From: Mytilus galloprovincialis
Lineage: Eukaryota
Assembly: GCF_965363235.1 (NCBI RefSeq)
Contig: NC_134841.1
Coordinates: 74,717,723 to 74,781,722 of the forward strand
DNA: 64,000 nt
Direction: 5' to 3'
A program made the position numbers and the translations under genes. Position 1 is the first letter of the stretch, and each line of letters opens with the position of its first letter. Below are positions 24,515 through 34,870 of this stretch, in pieces. The notes beneath the pieces are model-generated. The model had not been told where the DNA came from, searched no databases, and was given only the letters and a program-made list of their open reading frames with translations.

Positions 24515-24780
24515 TACTGGGGACTCTGTGGCGGAGTGGTCTAAGTTCTTACACTAGCCAGTCAACACTGATGTTGTGAGTTTGAATCACACTGGTCCTG
24601 GTGCACTCGACTCCAATCTTAATTGACTAGGATCGTCAGTTTTCTTATAGAAGGTCTGTGGTTTTCTCAAGGCACTCCAGCATCCTCCACCTATAAAAAC
24701 TGACCGCCACAAAATAGCCTAAATGCAGTGCCTAAAAGTGCCGTTAAAACACCAAAAATTAAAATCAAATCAATCAAGTA
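24515..24780 (+). mobile_element. tRNA-derived SINE (about 265 bp)
   Basis: The head gtggcggagtggtctaag ... gttgtgagtttgaatcac resembles tRNA A and B boxes (GTTTGAATC versus the GTTCGAATC consensus). The tail ...ctataaaaactgaccgccacaaaatagcc recurs at 9420-9560 and 62958-63175, and partially at 10185-10270. Confidence 0.65.
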
Positions 24781-25371
24781 TTGTTGTGTAAGCTCACAAG
24801 GAAATTTGTTGTTGTAAATCATGAATGAGATTTACCCATTTTTCCTGCTTATCCAACAACTTTATTTTCTGCAAAGATTTTTGGAAAATATGATAATATT
24901 AACCTGGTATAGTTATGTTCAGTTGATTTTAAATTAAATATAGTCCTTTCTATATTAAATTTTACCAAAAAAGTATTTTAAAATTAGGATCATGCTTAGA
25001 TAGCATTGTATATTATTTTTTATGCCACCGCCTTAGCGGAGGGGGTATTAAGTTTTACTGTTCTATAGGTATGCCGTTTACAAATGGATTTTTTTTTCAT
25101 TTCTGTTCTCTGACTTTAGTTTGCCTCACCAAAATGTTATGAAACTAATACACAATGCGTATTACCACAAAACTCAGATAAAATACAAATTTTGGAAGTG
25201 TCAGCTTTACAGTTCTTGAGTAATGTCCCTATATAACATTATATGCAAGCAGGGGCATCATCTGTGTCCCATGGACACATTAATCATTTATTTTTATATG
25301 GTATTAATTTATAGGTATATTGAAAAACTGATTATAGAACATATAGTATATCAATCTTGCTGTTCTTTCAG

Positions 25372-25542
25372 AAATGCAACATAAAAGTTATTACCAGGAT
25401 TTCAATTCCAAACAGAGTTGACACAGATGTTTTAATGCACAAAAAACAACCAGTTTGGGTACACAGCATGGCTGTTGATGGTAAACATCAGATAATTGGA
25501 GACTCTAAAGGGCAGATAACCAACTCTGAATCTACAACAAGG
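25372..25542 (+). CDS. WD40 gene exon: KCNIKVITRISIPNRVDTDVLMHKKQPVWVHSMAVDGKHQIIGDSKGQITNSESTTR
   Basis: Acceptor tgttctttcag ends 25371, donor AGG|gtaggt at 25543. 171 nt, phase 0. The ORF-track entry 25357..25815 runs past this donor into repeat sequence, and that read-through part was rejected. Confidence 0.7.
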
Positions 25543-25689
25543 GTAGGTGTCAAAATTGAAAAAAATATTCATTGCTCAACACAAGCATTTTCCCAGTTTC
25601 CAGACAAAAACTTGTGTTTAAGTGTATGGGTCTCTCTGAAATTGTACTGTATGGTTCCATACTACAAAGGAAAGGCTGGGATCCAGTGT

Positions 25690-26640
25690 GGGGGTAATTG
25701 CTCCAAGGGGGGATTCAAAAAGTTTGGGGTTCCCTTTTTTTTCCCATCACTTGGCGTCCGGCGTCAATTGTCGTCCGTCGTCGTCGTTAACTTTTACAAA
25801 AATCTTCTCCTCTGAAACTACTGGGCCAAATTTAACCAAACTTGGCCACAATCATCATTGGGGTATCTAGTTTAAAAAATGTGTGGCGTGACCCGGCCAA
25901 CCAACCAAGATGGCCGCCATGGCTAAAAATAAAACATAGGGGTAAAATGCAGTTTTTGGCTTATAACTCAAAAACCAAAGCATTTAGAGCAAATCTGACA
26001 TGGGTAAAATTGTTTATCAGGTCAACATCTATCTGCCCTGAAATTTTCAGATGAATCGGACAACCTGTTGTTGGGTTGCTGCCCCTGAATTGGTAATTTT
26101 ATGGAAATTTTGCTGTTTTTGGTTATTATCTTGCATATTATTAAAGATAGAGATAAACTGTAATTAGCAATAATGTTCAGCAAAGTAAGATTTACAAATA
26201 AGTCAAACATGGCCGAAATGGTCAGTTGACCCCTTTAGGAGTTATTGCCCTTTATAGTCAATTTTTAACCATTTTTCGTAAATCTTAGTAATCTTTTACA
26301 TAAATCTTCTCCTCTGAAACTACAGGGCCAAATTAATCCAAACTTGGCCACAATCATTTTTGGGTTATGTAGTTTAAAAAATGTGTCCGGTGACCCGGCC
26401 ATCCAACGAAGATGGCCGCCATGGCTAAATATAGAACATAGGGGGAAAATGCAGTTTTTGGCTTACAACTCAAAAATCAAAGCATTTAGAGCAAATCTGG
26501 TAGTTAAATTGTTTATCATGTCAACATCTATCTGCCCTGAAATTTTCAGATGGATCCGACAACCGGTTGTTGGGTTGCTGCCCCTAAATTGGTAATTTTA
26601 AGGAAATTTTGCAGTTTTTAACCGGATTTTTGTGACAAAA
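25690..26640 (+). repeat. Two tandem copies of an about 490-bp dispersed repeat unit, with a (GTC)n-bearing leader
   Basis: Unit 1 (25803-26285) and unit 2 (26286-26640) both read cttctcctctgaaactac(t/a)gggccaaatt...ccaagatggccgccatggctaaa...catctatctgccctgaaattttcagatg. An inverted copy lies at 34480-34870. Confidence 0.85.
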
Positions 26641-26654
26641 ATGTCGGTTATTGA

Positions 26655-26690
26655 TTTGGGGATGTACGGCGGGCGGGCGGGCGGGCAGGC
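26655..26690 (+). repeat. G-rich (GGGC)n tract tacggcgggcgggcgggcgggcaggcggc, a G-quadruplex-capable motif
   Basis: At least four consecutive GGG runs separated by single C. It sits at the junction between the 490-bp repeat and the 161-bp satellite. Confidence 0.7.
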
Positions 26691-27660
26691 GGCAATCAAA
26701 TGTTGTCCGTGCATTTGCTCATGAACCGTTCAACCAAAGCTTTTAAAATTTTAATATGTTGTTACTGACAACTAAATGAAGGTCAAGTTCAATAATGGCG
26801 ATTTTGACTTTTACCGTTCAGGAGTTATGGTTCTTGAAAGATTGAAAAATAAAGTTTCCAGTCATGTCCCTGCATTTACGCATGAACTGTTCTACCAAAG
26901 CTTCCCAAATTTTAATATGTTGTTACTGATGACAAAATAAAGGTCAAGTTCAATAATGACGATTTTGACTTTTACCGTTCAGGAGTTATGGTTCTTGAAA
27001 GATTGAAAAATGGAGTTTCCAGTCGTGTCCGTGCATTTACGCATGAACTGTTCTACCAAAGCTTCCCAAATTTTAATATGTTGTTACTGATGACAAAATG
27101 GAGGTCAAGTTCAATAATGACGATTTTGACTTTTACCGTTCAGGAGTTATGGTTCTTGAAAGATTGAAAAATGGAGTTTCCAGTCGTGTCCGTGCATTTA
27201 CACATGAACTGTTCTACCAAAGCTTCCCAAATTTCATTATGTTGTTACTGATGACAAAATAGAGGTCAAGTTTATTAAAGACGATTTTGACTTTTACCGT
27301 TTAGGAGTTATGGTTCTTGAAAGATTGAAAAATGGTGTTTCCAGTCGTGTCCGTGCATTTTCTCATGAACCATTCAACCAAAGCTTTTGAAATTTTTATA
27401 TGTTGTTACTGATGGCAAAATAGAGGTCAAGTTCAATAATGACTATTTTGACTTTTACCGTTCAGGAGTTATGGTTCTTGAAAAATTGTAAAATGGTGTT
27501 TCCATTCACGTTGTTGCATTTACTCATGAACCATTCAATCTAAGCTTTTCAAATTTTAATATGTTGATACTGATGACAAAATGGAGGTCAAATTTGATAT
27601 TGACGATTTTCACTTTCACCATTCATCAGTAATGGTTCTTGTGATATTGCCAGGATACAA
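26690..27660 (+). repeat. Satellite-like tandem array, 6 copies of a 161-bp unit
   Basis: The ttaccgttcaggagttatggttcttgaaagattgaaaaat landmark recurs at 26811, 26972, 27133, 27294 and 27455, with a degenerate copy near 27612. Confidence 0.9.
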
Positions 27661-27689
27661 ATAAATATTAATAAATCCGGTTTGCTGTC

Positions 27690-28090
27690 GTTGTGACAGC
27701 CTCTTGTTTGTTATTATCTTGAATATTATTATAGATAGAGATAAACTGTAAACAGCAAGAATGTACAGCAAAGTAAGACCTAAAAATAAGTCAACATGAC
27801 CAAAATGGTCAATTGACCCCCTAAGGAGTTATTGTCCTTTATAGTCAATTTTTAACAATTTTCATAAAATTTGTAAATTTTACTAACATTTTCCACTGAA
27901 ACTACTTGGCCAAGATCATTATAGATAGAGATAATTGTAAGCAGCAAGAATGTTCAGTAAAGTAAGATGTACAAACACATCACCATCACCAAAACACAAT
28001 TTTGTCATGAATCCATCTGCTTCCTTTGTTTAATATTCACATATACCAAGGTGAGCGACACAGGCTCTTTAGAGCCTCTAGTTTTTTAAA
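27690..28090 (+). repeat. Tail part of the 490-bp repeat family (two partial copies)
   Basis: ttattatcttgaatattattatagatagagataaactgtaaacagcaagaatg... Its reverse complement is present at 34250-34620. Confidence 0.8.
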
Positions 28091-28099
28091 GGGCACAGT

Positions 28100-28270
28100 A
28101 TTGAGCAATAGATTTGAAAGATCTTGACATTTGTTATGTGTCAGAAACGTAAAAACTTGATAAAAATCCAAATTCAGACAGTATCAAGCTTGAATATTGT
28201 GTCCAAATTTGCTCCAACTGTTCAGGGTTCAACCCCTGCGGTTGTATCTGGCTGCGCTCAGCGAAGCATT
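28100..28270 (+). mobile_element. Solo diverged 3'-terminal fragment of the composite element family
   Basis: gatttgaaagatcttgacatttgttatgtgtcagaaacg...ccaactgttcagggttcaacccctgcggttgtatctggctgcgctcagcgaagc aligns with the 3' 170 bp of the four full copies. Confidence 0.7.
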
Positions 28271-28894
28271 TTATTTTTAATATATAAACTAAAGTAGGGG
28301 TTTGACCAGGATATTGTGGTTCAATTGACATGCAAATGTAGTTCTGTAAAACTAAATCTTTTTAGCAAAACAATTTATTTCCCATTCAGGGAAGATCCAT
28401 GTTTTACATATTTACAACAATTCATATTTGTGTTTTTAATTCAATTAGTTAGTCTACACTTCGAACTAGCCAGACATGTTGTTATAGGAACACATTTCCT
28501 TGCAGGCTTAGTATTTTATTACTAGCAAAGTTCGAAATGGATAGGATTGACATGGTCATATATAACAGCTTTTATGATTGGATATAACTTTCCTACCATT
28601 AGATCTCCAGGAGTACTGGACTTTGGAAGGGTTCCCTAAGATTGACTCAATATATCAGCTATTATGACTCTCCAATATAATTTGAATGTCAACATGTCCA
28701 GAGTAGGGCCCTGTTCTACCAGTAATCTAGAGACCTTACTCTTCATTAGTAGTTACTGTTTACATTGAACTTAGTCAGAACTCACCTTCCATTTGAACTT
28801 GGCCACTGTTAAAGGGTATCATTGATATTCAGCTGAGGTTCTTGTCATTTCTTCTTCTTTTTTTTTCATTATTTAATTTTGTTGACATTTCTAG

Positions 28895-28996
28895 GTACAT
28901 GGTGGTGCAGTGATGGCTGTGGATATGACTGATGATCTTATTTTCACTGCTTCTCAAGATAGAACAGTCAAAGTGTGGAGTAAAGATATGAAACAG
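28895..28996 (+). CDS. WD40 gene exon: VHGGAVMAVDMTDDLIFTASQDRTVKVWSKDMKQ
   Basis: Acceptor gacatttctag ends 28894, donor CAG|gtaatt at 28997. TASQDRTVKVW is a WD motif. Confidence 0.8.
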
Positions 28997-29337
28997 GTAA
29001 TTTTATAATTAACAGTTACTAATTGAAGTAAATTTTGTAATGAAAATATTTTGTTAATACTTTTCTGTTTTTTACTGATAAAATGTACTCTTTTTTGTAG
29101 TTAACCTTTACAAACAGTCTTGAAATTCATACATTTTAATACATAAATAACCTCCATGAAATTTTATGAAACTTGGAAAGAAGCTTATTAAAGACAGTAT
29201 TTTTTCTTATTAGAACATGCTTGTCTTTACACTAGAGTCTTACTGGGCAACCTGTTATTATCAATTTCTATCCCAACTGAATATAAACTGTACTTGTTTT
29301 CATTTTTTTAATAATCTATTTTATGATTCTGTTATAG

Positions 29338-29478
29338 GTTGGCTTATTCTTCTGTCCAGCACCAGTAACAACAATGACAATTGTGAAAGTTTTACGCAAT
29401 CCATGCTCAGTAGTCTCCCTTGCTTGTGGTGATGAATTGGGTAACATTCATTACTTGACCTGGAGTGGAGGCAAATGA
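29338..29478 (+). CDS. WD40 gene terminal coding exon: VGLFFCPAPVTTMTIVKVLRNPCSVVSLACGDELGNIHYLTWSGGK then stop
   Basis: Acceptor tgttatag ends 29337, in frame with the preceding exon (phase 0). TGA stop at 29476-29478, followed by an AT-rich 3' UTR. Confidence 0.75.
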   Translation, partial: VGLFFCPAPVTTMTIVKVLRNPCSVVSLACGDELGNIHYLTWSGGK

Positions 29479-29805
29479 ACAGTAGAGAAAAGAGTTTATT
29501 TTCACAGAGAAAGACAAGGGAGAATTCATGATACTTGACTCTGTAAAAAGGGGGAAATGTTATGACTTGTTGAAAAATAGGTTTACTGTAAAGGAGATGG
29601 AGAAAACATATGTGTAAAAATGAAGGAAAAAAAAGAAAATTTGAATATAATTGCATCTTGTGACTATTTTTTAATATTTGATATAAATTTGTTAATGTAT
29701 GCACTGTTTTGTCTAGGTTAGTTATTTTTACATTAAATTTATATGAATAAGAAGTAGTTAGATATGCATTTTCTAGTTTTCATTAATTCAAATATTTTCA
29801 TTTGA

Positions 29806-29811
29806 AATAAA
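29806..29811 (+). promoter_or_regulatory. Candidate polyadenylation signal AATAAA for the WD40 gene
   Basis: The first canonical AATAAA downstream of the stop (about 330 nt into the 3' UTR). An alternative lies near 30355. No EST or RNA evidence is available. Confidence 0.3.
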
Positions 29812-30435
29812 CATAGAACAAATATGCTGTATATATATATAATTTTTGGAAAACATTTTCATCCCATTTAGCATAGAGTTTGTACATTATAAAAACTTTT
29901 ATACCAGTAAATTATGTTTTAGAATTCTAAAAAAAAAATATATATTGTATTTATATGGCTTATGTATTGTGTGTGCAATATCTAACATTTAGACTTATTA
30001 TCTCATTTTCTTTACACACAGAAAATGAATATCCTGTATTATATGTATATTATCTGATAAGTTTTTGTTTGACATTATTAGTACAATTGATATTTGTTAT
30101 GTTATATTTTTATTAGTAGACTTTTTTTCTTTGATATTTTGATTGAAAACAAAAGAAAAACTTTGTACATATTTTTCTTATATCAGTTTTAGAGGTTATC
30201 ATATTGTACATATTGGATTAACATAGTTTTGTAGATGTAAAACCCTGTATAATTAGTGATATACACTATCTTATGTGAGATTTTTCAAATGTTGTTAGCA
30301 TTTAGTAGAAATGTGTGTAGCATACATAGAGTAGTGATGATTTCTAGTGCAATGAATAAAGAAAACACTGAATTAAAGTGTTAAATCAGTCATTATAGTC
30401 CCACTTACAAGTACTGATGATGGGTATATATTTAT

Positions 30436-30535
30436 AGATTATCGTTGATCATCTCAACGAGATTGCTTTTCTCGCTTGAGCTGGTACAGCGAAAGTGAGA
30501 AAAGCAATCGAGTTGAGATGACCAATGATAATCTG
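30436..30535. repeat. About 100-bp near-perfect foldback hairpin (agattatcgttgatcatctcaacgagattgcttttctcgcttgagc / gcgaaagtgagaaaagcaatcgagttgagatgaccaatgataatct)
   Basis: The arms are reverse complements with a few mismatches. A second inverted pair ttatcgcta/tagcgataa (30537-30628) flanks a palindromic CCACGTGG at 30593-30600. Confidence 0.7.
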
Positions 30536-33500
30536 TTTATCGCTATTTTACCTATGACGACGTTGTCAATATCATGTCAATTTCGTTAGCAACGCCACGT
30601 GGCCTCCTTAGTTTCTAGCGATAATTTTTCCATCTCAAGCGAGAAGCATGATATGAAAATTATCACAAAAAAAGATCAAAGGAAAAATGCACAAAATAGC
30701 GATAATGATCAATATCCTCTCACCTACTGGTATTGATGTGGGGGTGTGCAATCATCATTCTCATCGTTTGTCCATTTAGTTGTTCATCTTGCTGTTACTT
30801 CTTATAAACCATTGAATGTCATGTAAAAACATTCAGTGTGTAATGGCATAGTGCACCTTATATACAAAGTTTTTATATCCAAAGATTTTTGTGATATTTC
30901 CCATGATATAAAGTTTGTTATATTGCACTTTTCCCTACCGTTTTTCACAAATGGTGGTACAGATTTATGAACTAAAAGGCCTTACTCAACAGTTTTTACC
31001 ATTAATTGTTTTTGTTTTCTGTTATTTTTGAAATCCTTTAACACTGTTTGTTGTTTTTGTTTAGTAAATCTAAAAAGTTATATAGGATACCTTCTCTTAA
31101 CAATTTTTCATTGAAAAAAGAAAAATGTTTTTTTAACCAACCTAAATAATTGTTACAGTTGAAAAAAATTTCATATAATTGTATATTTATAAAATTTGAT
31201 ACAGATAAATTTTCCCTACACAAGTGTATTGTATATATTCTGGTTAAAAGTATATGCATTAAAACTAGATCAAAGTTTATATCTGAAGAATATATATTTA
31301 ACTTTATTTCTCAGTTTTTGGCCTTGAAATATTTCCCACGATGAAATTATGGTTTTATTGCATCGTTCAAATATACAATTGAAACAAATTTAATTTTGTC
31401 GACGATCTTTTTTTTTTCTTTTTTACCTGTGACAACTTAATGTCTTTCAATTACACTTCACCTTTTTTTTATTTATTGTAACATGCATTAAATATGCAAG
31501 ATGTTGTTGTTTTACTGACCTAGATATAAGTTGGTACCATCGGAACTGAAATTAGATACATGCATGTTGCACGTATGACACATCTTTCTGCATAGGTCGC
31601 TCATTTAAATGTCAACATTGATGATCACTCAAACAGAAAAGTAAATTGTTTTATTGTATACTTTAATAGATTATTTCGCAGGAGGTAAAATTTTATGACT
31701 AATAAATATAAACAAATAGTAGAGTACTTGTCACTTTATTTGGTCCAGTTTTTGGAAGATTCCCATATTTATGTTTAAGAAAACATAAATAATTTTATAA
31801 ACTTTGCTAAATTTTAATTTTCTGCATTTTAAAAAAATATTAGATTTTTTTATTTTTATTTTATTTTTTTTTTAGAGGGGGTCAAATTAAAAAGATAATT
31901 AGTTAAATTTTTCATAAAATTATTGAAGAACATTGAAATTTGGGGGTGGTTAAAAAAATCATTAAAAATACTCATATTTTTTTTTACAAGAATAGGAGCT
32001 GGTACACAAATTTCCTCTATCTGAAAAATTGTGAAAGAGTATTTATAGGTTGTGTGTCAAAGACAAAAGAAAGAAAAAGAAATAAATGAGATGTGAGAAA
32101 ATGTAGGAATGAAAGTTGTTGCTAAAAGAATGTGGAGTATGGTTAACTGTGAAAAGATGATATGCTAGAGTAAAAGAAGAGGAAGGATTGATGAAGTAAG
32201 AAAAATAATGATTGGTAGACTGAAAGATGAAAGCAAGAAAAGTACCGAAAGTGCTGTGTCAGAATGCATGATGCAAGGGAGAAATTTTGAAATGAATGAT
32301 AATCAGAAATCTGAGGAATTCCTAAACAATCTTTTATTTCATTTTATTTACCAAAATGTTTGTAAATTTTGGATAAGTTTTTTTTTTTTTTGGCTCTTTT
32401 AAAATTTGTATGTACCAGTTTTGTGATTTCAGCAATCTTCTATTTAAGAAGCAGTAGAAATCACAGATATTTGTTAACATTTTTGTTGTTATAAATTTGT
32501 TTTTGATATATTTTAAATAAAAATTGTTAATTAAACAATCTGTTGTTGTTGTTCTTTTTTTCCATTATATATGATCACTTTTGATCAGAAGTATGTGTTA
32601 CAACGTATTTCATATTAATGTCTCCTATTAGCTTATGAAGACAGATATTGTTGTATCAGACACTTACTTATAGTTATTTGTATTTACCTAATATCCAGAT
32701 ATAAAGACTAGAGACTGCCAAGTAGTAATGTATATAAAAAATCAAAAAGCAATAAAATTCACAGGACAGTTACAACCCATATATTCTAAGAACAGACACA
32801 TATGAAGTAAAGAGATGTTAGGTAAAACTCATTTAGAAAGTTACCCAGCAACACTCTGTGACTTAAATAAAAGACATTTAAAGGTCACCATACAAGTACA
32901 GCAAAGGTCTTTTGTGTTGGAAACTTTGCCTCCTCAGTCATGGTATTTTTACTTTAAAACAATCACATATCTCTTTGATATTTGGTTTACAGTTGTAAAA
33001 GCATTGGCACATCTCATTTCCTTGAAGAGTATTTGGTCTTGACCCCGCAGTCATTTTACTTTAAAAACAATCACATTGCTCATAATAAGTTAATGATATT
33101 TGGTATGCAGTTATATAAGTGCTGGTACATCTCATTTATTTTCTATTGGCTTTTGCATAGTTTTACATATGAAAGTTTGTGATTAGGTCAGTTTAAAAAG
33201 GGCACTAAAAATGATAAGTCTTTGATATTTGGTATGCAGTTGTATTTCCATGGAAATTATTTAGTCCTGTACCTTCAGTCTTTGTTTATTGAATATTTGG
33301 TATAGTTTAATGTTAAAAGTACAAATATTTTAATTTCAACATTTGCATTTACCTATCAAAATTACATACAGTTGAAACATCTCTTTCCACAGTTTAGTTC
33401 GTTTTTCACAGTCATTTATTTTTAAAAGGCTCCTAACCCTCCCTTGTATTTCTACTTATTTTGGTTCTGGTCAATTGATATAAAGTGGACTTTCACATTC

Positions 33501-34249
33501 CAGAACCTTTTAAATGTCACATTGTTTGTTATTACTTCACATTAAGAGTCCATTGTAAAATGACAGCATTTATGACCTCTGTCAACCCGTCATAACTCAT
33601 TCATAAAGAAACAGAAGTTGGTCTATAGTCAACTTGAAATATTTTGAGGGGAGTTTGTTAAGTTAAATTGCATCTGTTTATCCAAAATATACTTTATTCT
33701 CAATTAGGTCAACAATCAGTGGTTGTTGTGTGTTTTTAGTGTTGAGCAGATATATAGGGAAATCCATATATGACTATATTTCAACCTTTATTTTTTAAGA
33801 GAATGACAGTTTTGAGCATGATCATTAAAAAAAGACAGGATTCAGGTTGTTTCATGAGAGGTTTAATAACAATAAAATTACCCATTGAAAACAGAAAACA
33901 GTTATAACAGATCTTATAATTATCACAATAAATGAGTTGTTTTCAGCAAGTATGAAAACATAACAATGATATATTAAGTATTCCTGATACTAAATTTATA
34001 CATATCAAGATACATTCAGTTCATTAGAAAAAACAAACATGTCCTTTGTCCTCTAGAAGATTTCATTAATTGACTGTTTTAGAACCTACTCCTCTTGGTA
34101 TATAGTACTTTCCTTCAGGTTGCCTGTAATACAAAAAAAACATTAGAAAAATTGCACACATTTAAAAAGACTTATTTTATACTTTCTAAGATCTTATAAC
34201 ATTCCCTTTTCAGGTCTGCTTGCTAATATTAAACATCAGTCCTATATAT

Positions 34250-34870
34250 ATGTGGTTGCTACTTAAACTAGAGGCTCTCAAGAGCCTGTGTCGCTCATCT
34301 TGGTCTATGTGCATATTAAACAATGGATACAGATAAATTCATGACAAAATCTTGTTTTGGTGATGGTGATCTTACTTTACTGAACATTCTTGCTGCTACA
34401 ATTATTTCATCTATAATGAACTTGACCAAGTAATTACAGTTGAAAATATTTTGTAAAAATGTACAAAAAATTTATGAAATTGTTAAAAAATGAGTGTAAA
34501 GGGCAATAACTCCTTAAGGGGTCAACTGACAATTTTGATCGTGTTGACTTATTTGTAGATCTTACTTTGCTGAACATTATTGCTGATTACAGTTTATCTC
34601 TATCTATAATAATATTCAAGATAATAACCAAAAACTGCAAAATTTCCTTAAAATTACTAATTCGGGGGCAGGAACCCAACAACAGGTTGTCCAATTTGTC
34701 TGAAAATTTCAGGGCAGATAGATCTTGACCTCACGCCACACATTTTTTAAACTAGATACCCCAATAATGATTGTGGCCCAATTTGGTTAAATTTGGCCCA
34801 GTAGTTTCAGAGGAGAAGATAAAAGTTTACAGACGCCGACGACGGACAACAGACGCCAAGTGATGAGAAA
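34250..34870 (-). repeat. Inverted partial copy of the 25.7-28.1 kb repeat complex
   Basis: 34250-34330 is the reverse complement of 27900-28080 (aaactagaggctctcaagagcctgtgtcgctcatc...). 34480-34870 is the reverse complement of the 490-bp unit, including the (GTC)n leader (gccgacgacggacaacagacgccaagtgatgag). Confidence 0.8.

Noticed and set aside
25543-25815. Continuation of ORF 25357..25815 beyond the exon (…VGVKIEKNIHCSTQAF…GGNCSKGGFKKFGVPFFFPSLGVRRQ…)
   Set aside because: A consensus donor AGG|gtaggt at 25543 terminates the WD exon. The rest runs into the (GTC)n leader of the 490-bp repeat and has no WD features.
2207-27660. Regular short tandem arrays (122-bp, 161-bp, element sub-repeats) considered as possible CRISPR-like arrays
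   Set aside because: This is a eukaryotic intron-exon context. The units are homogeneous with no unique spacers, no leader or cas genes, and the repeats include exon sequence or transposon modules. They are not CRISPR.
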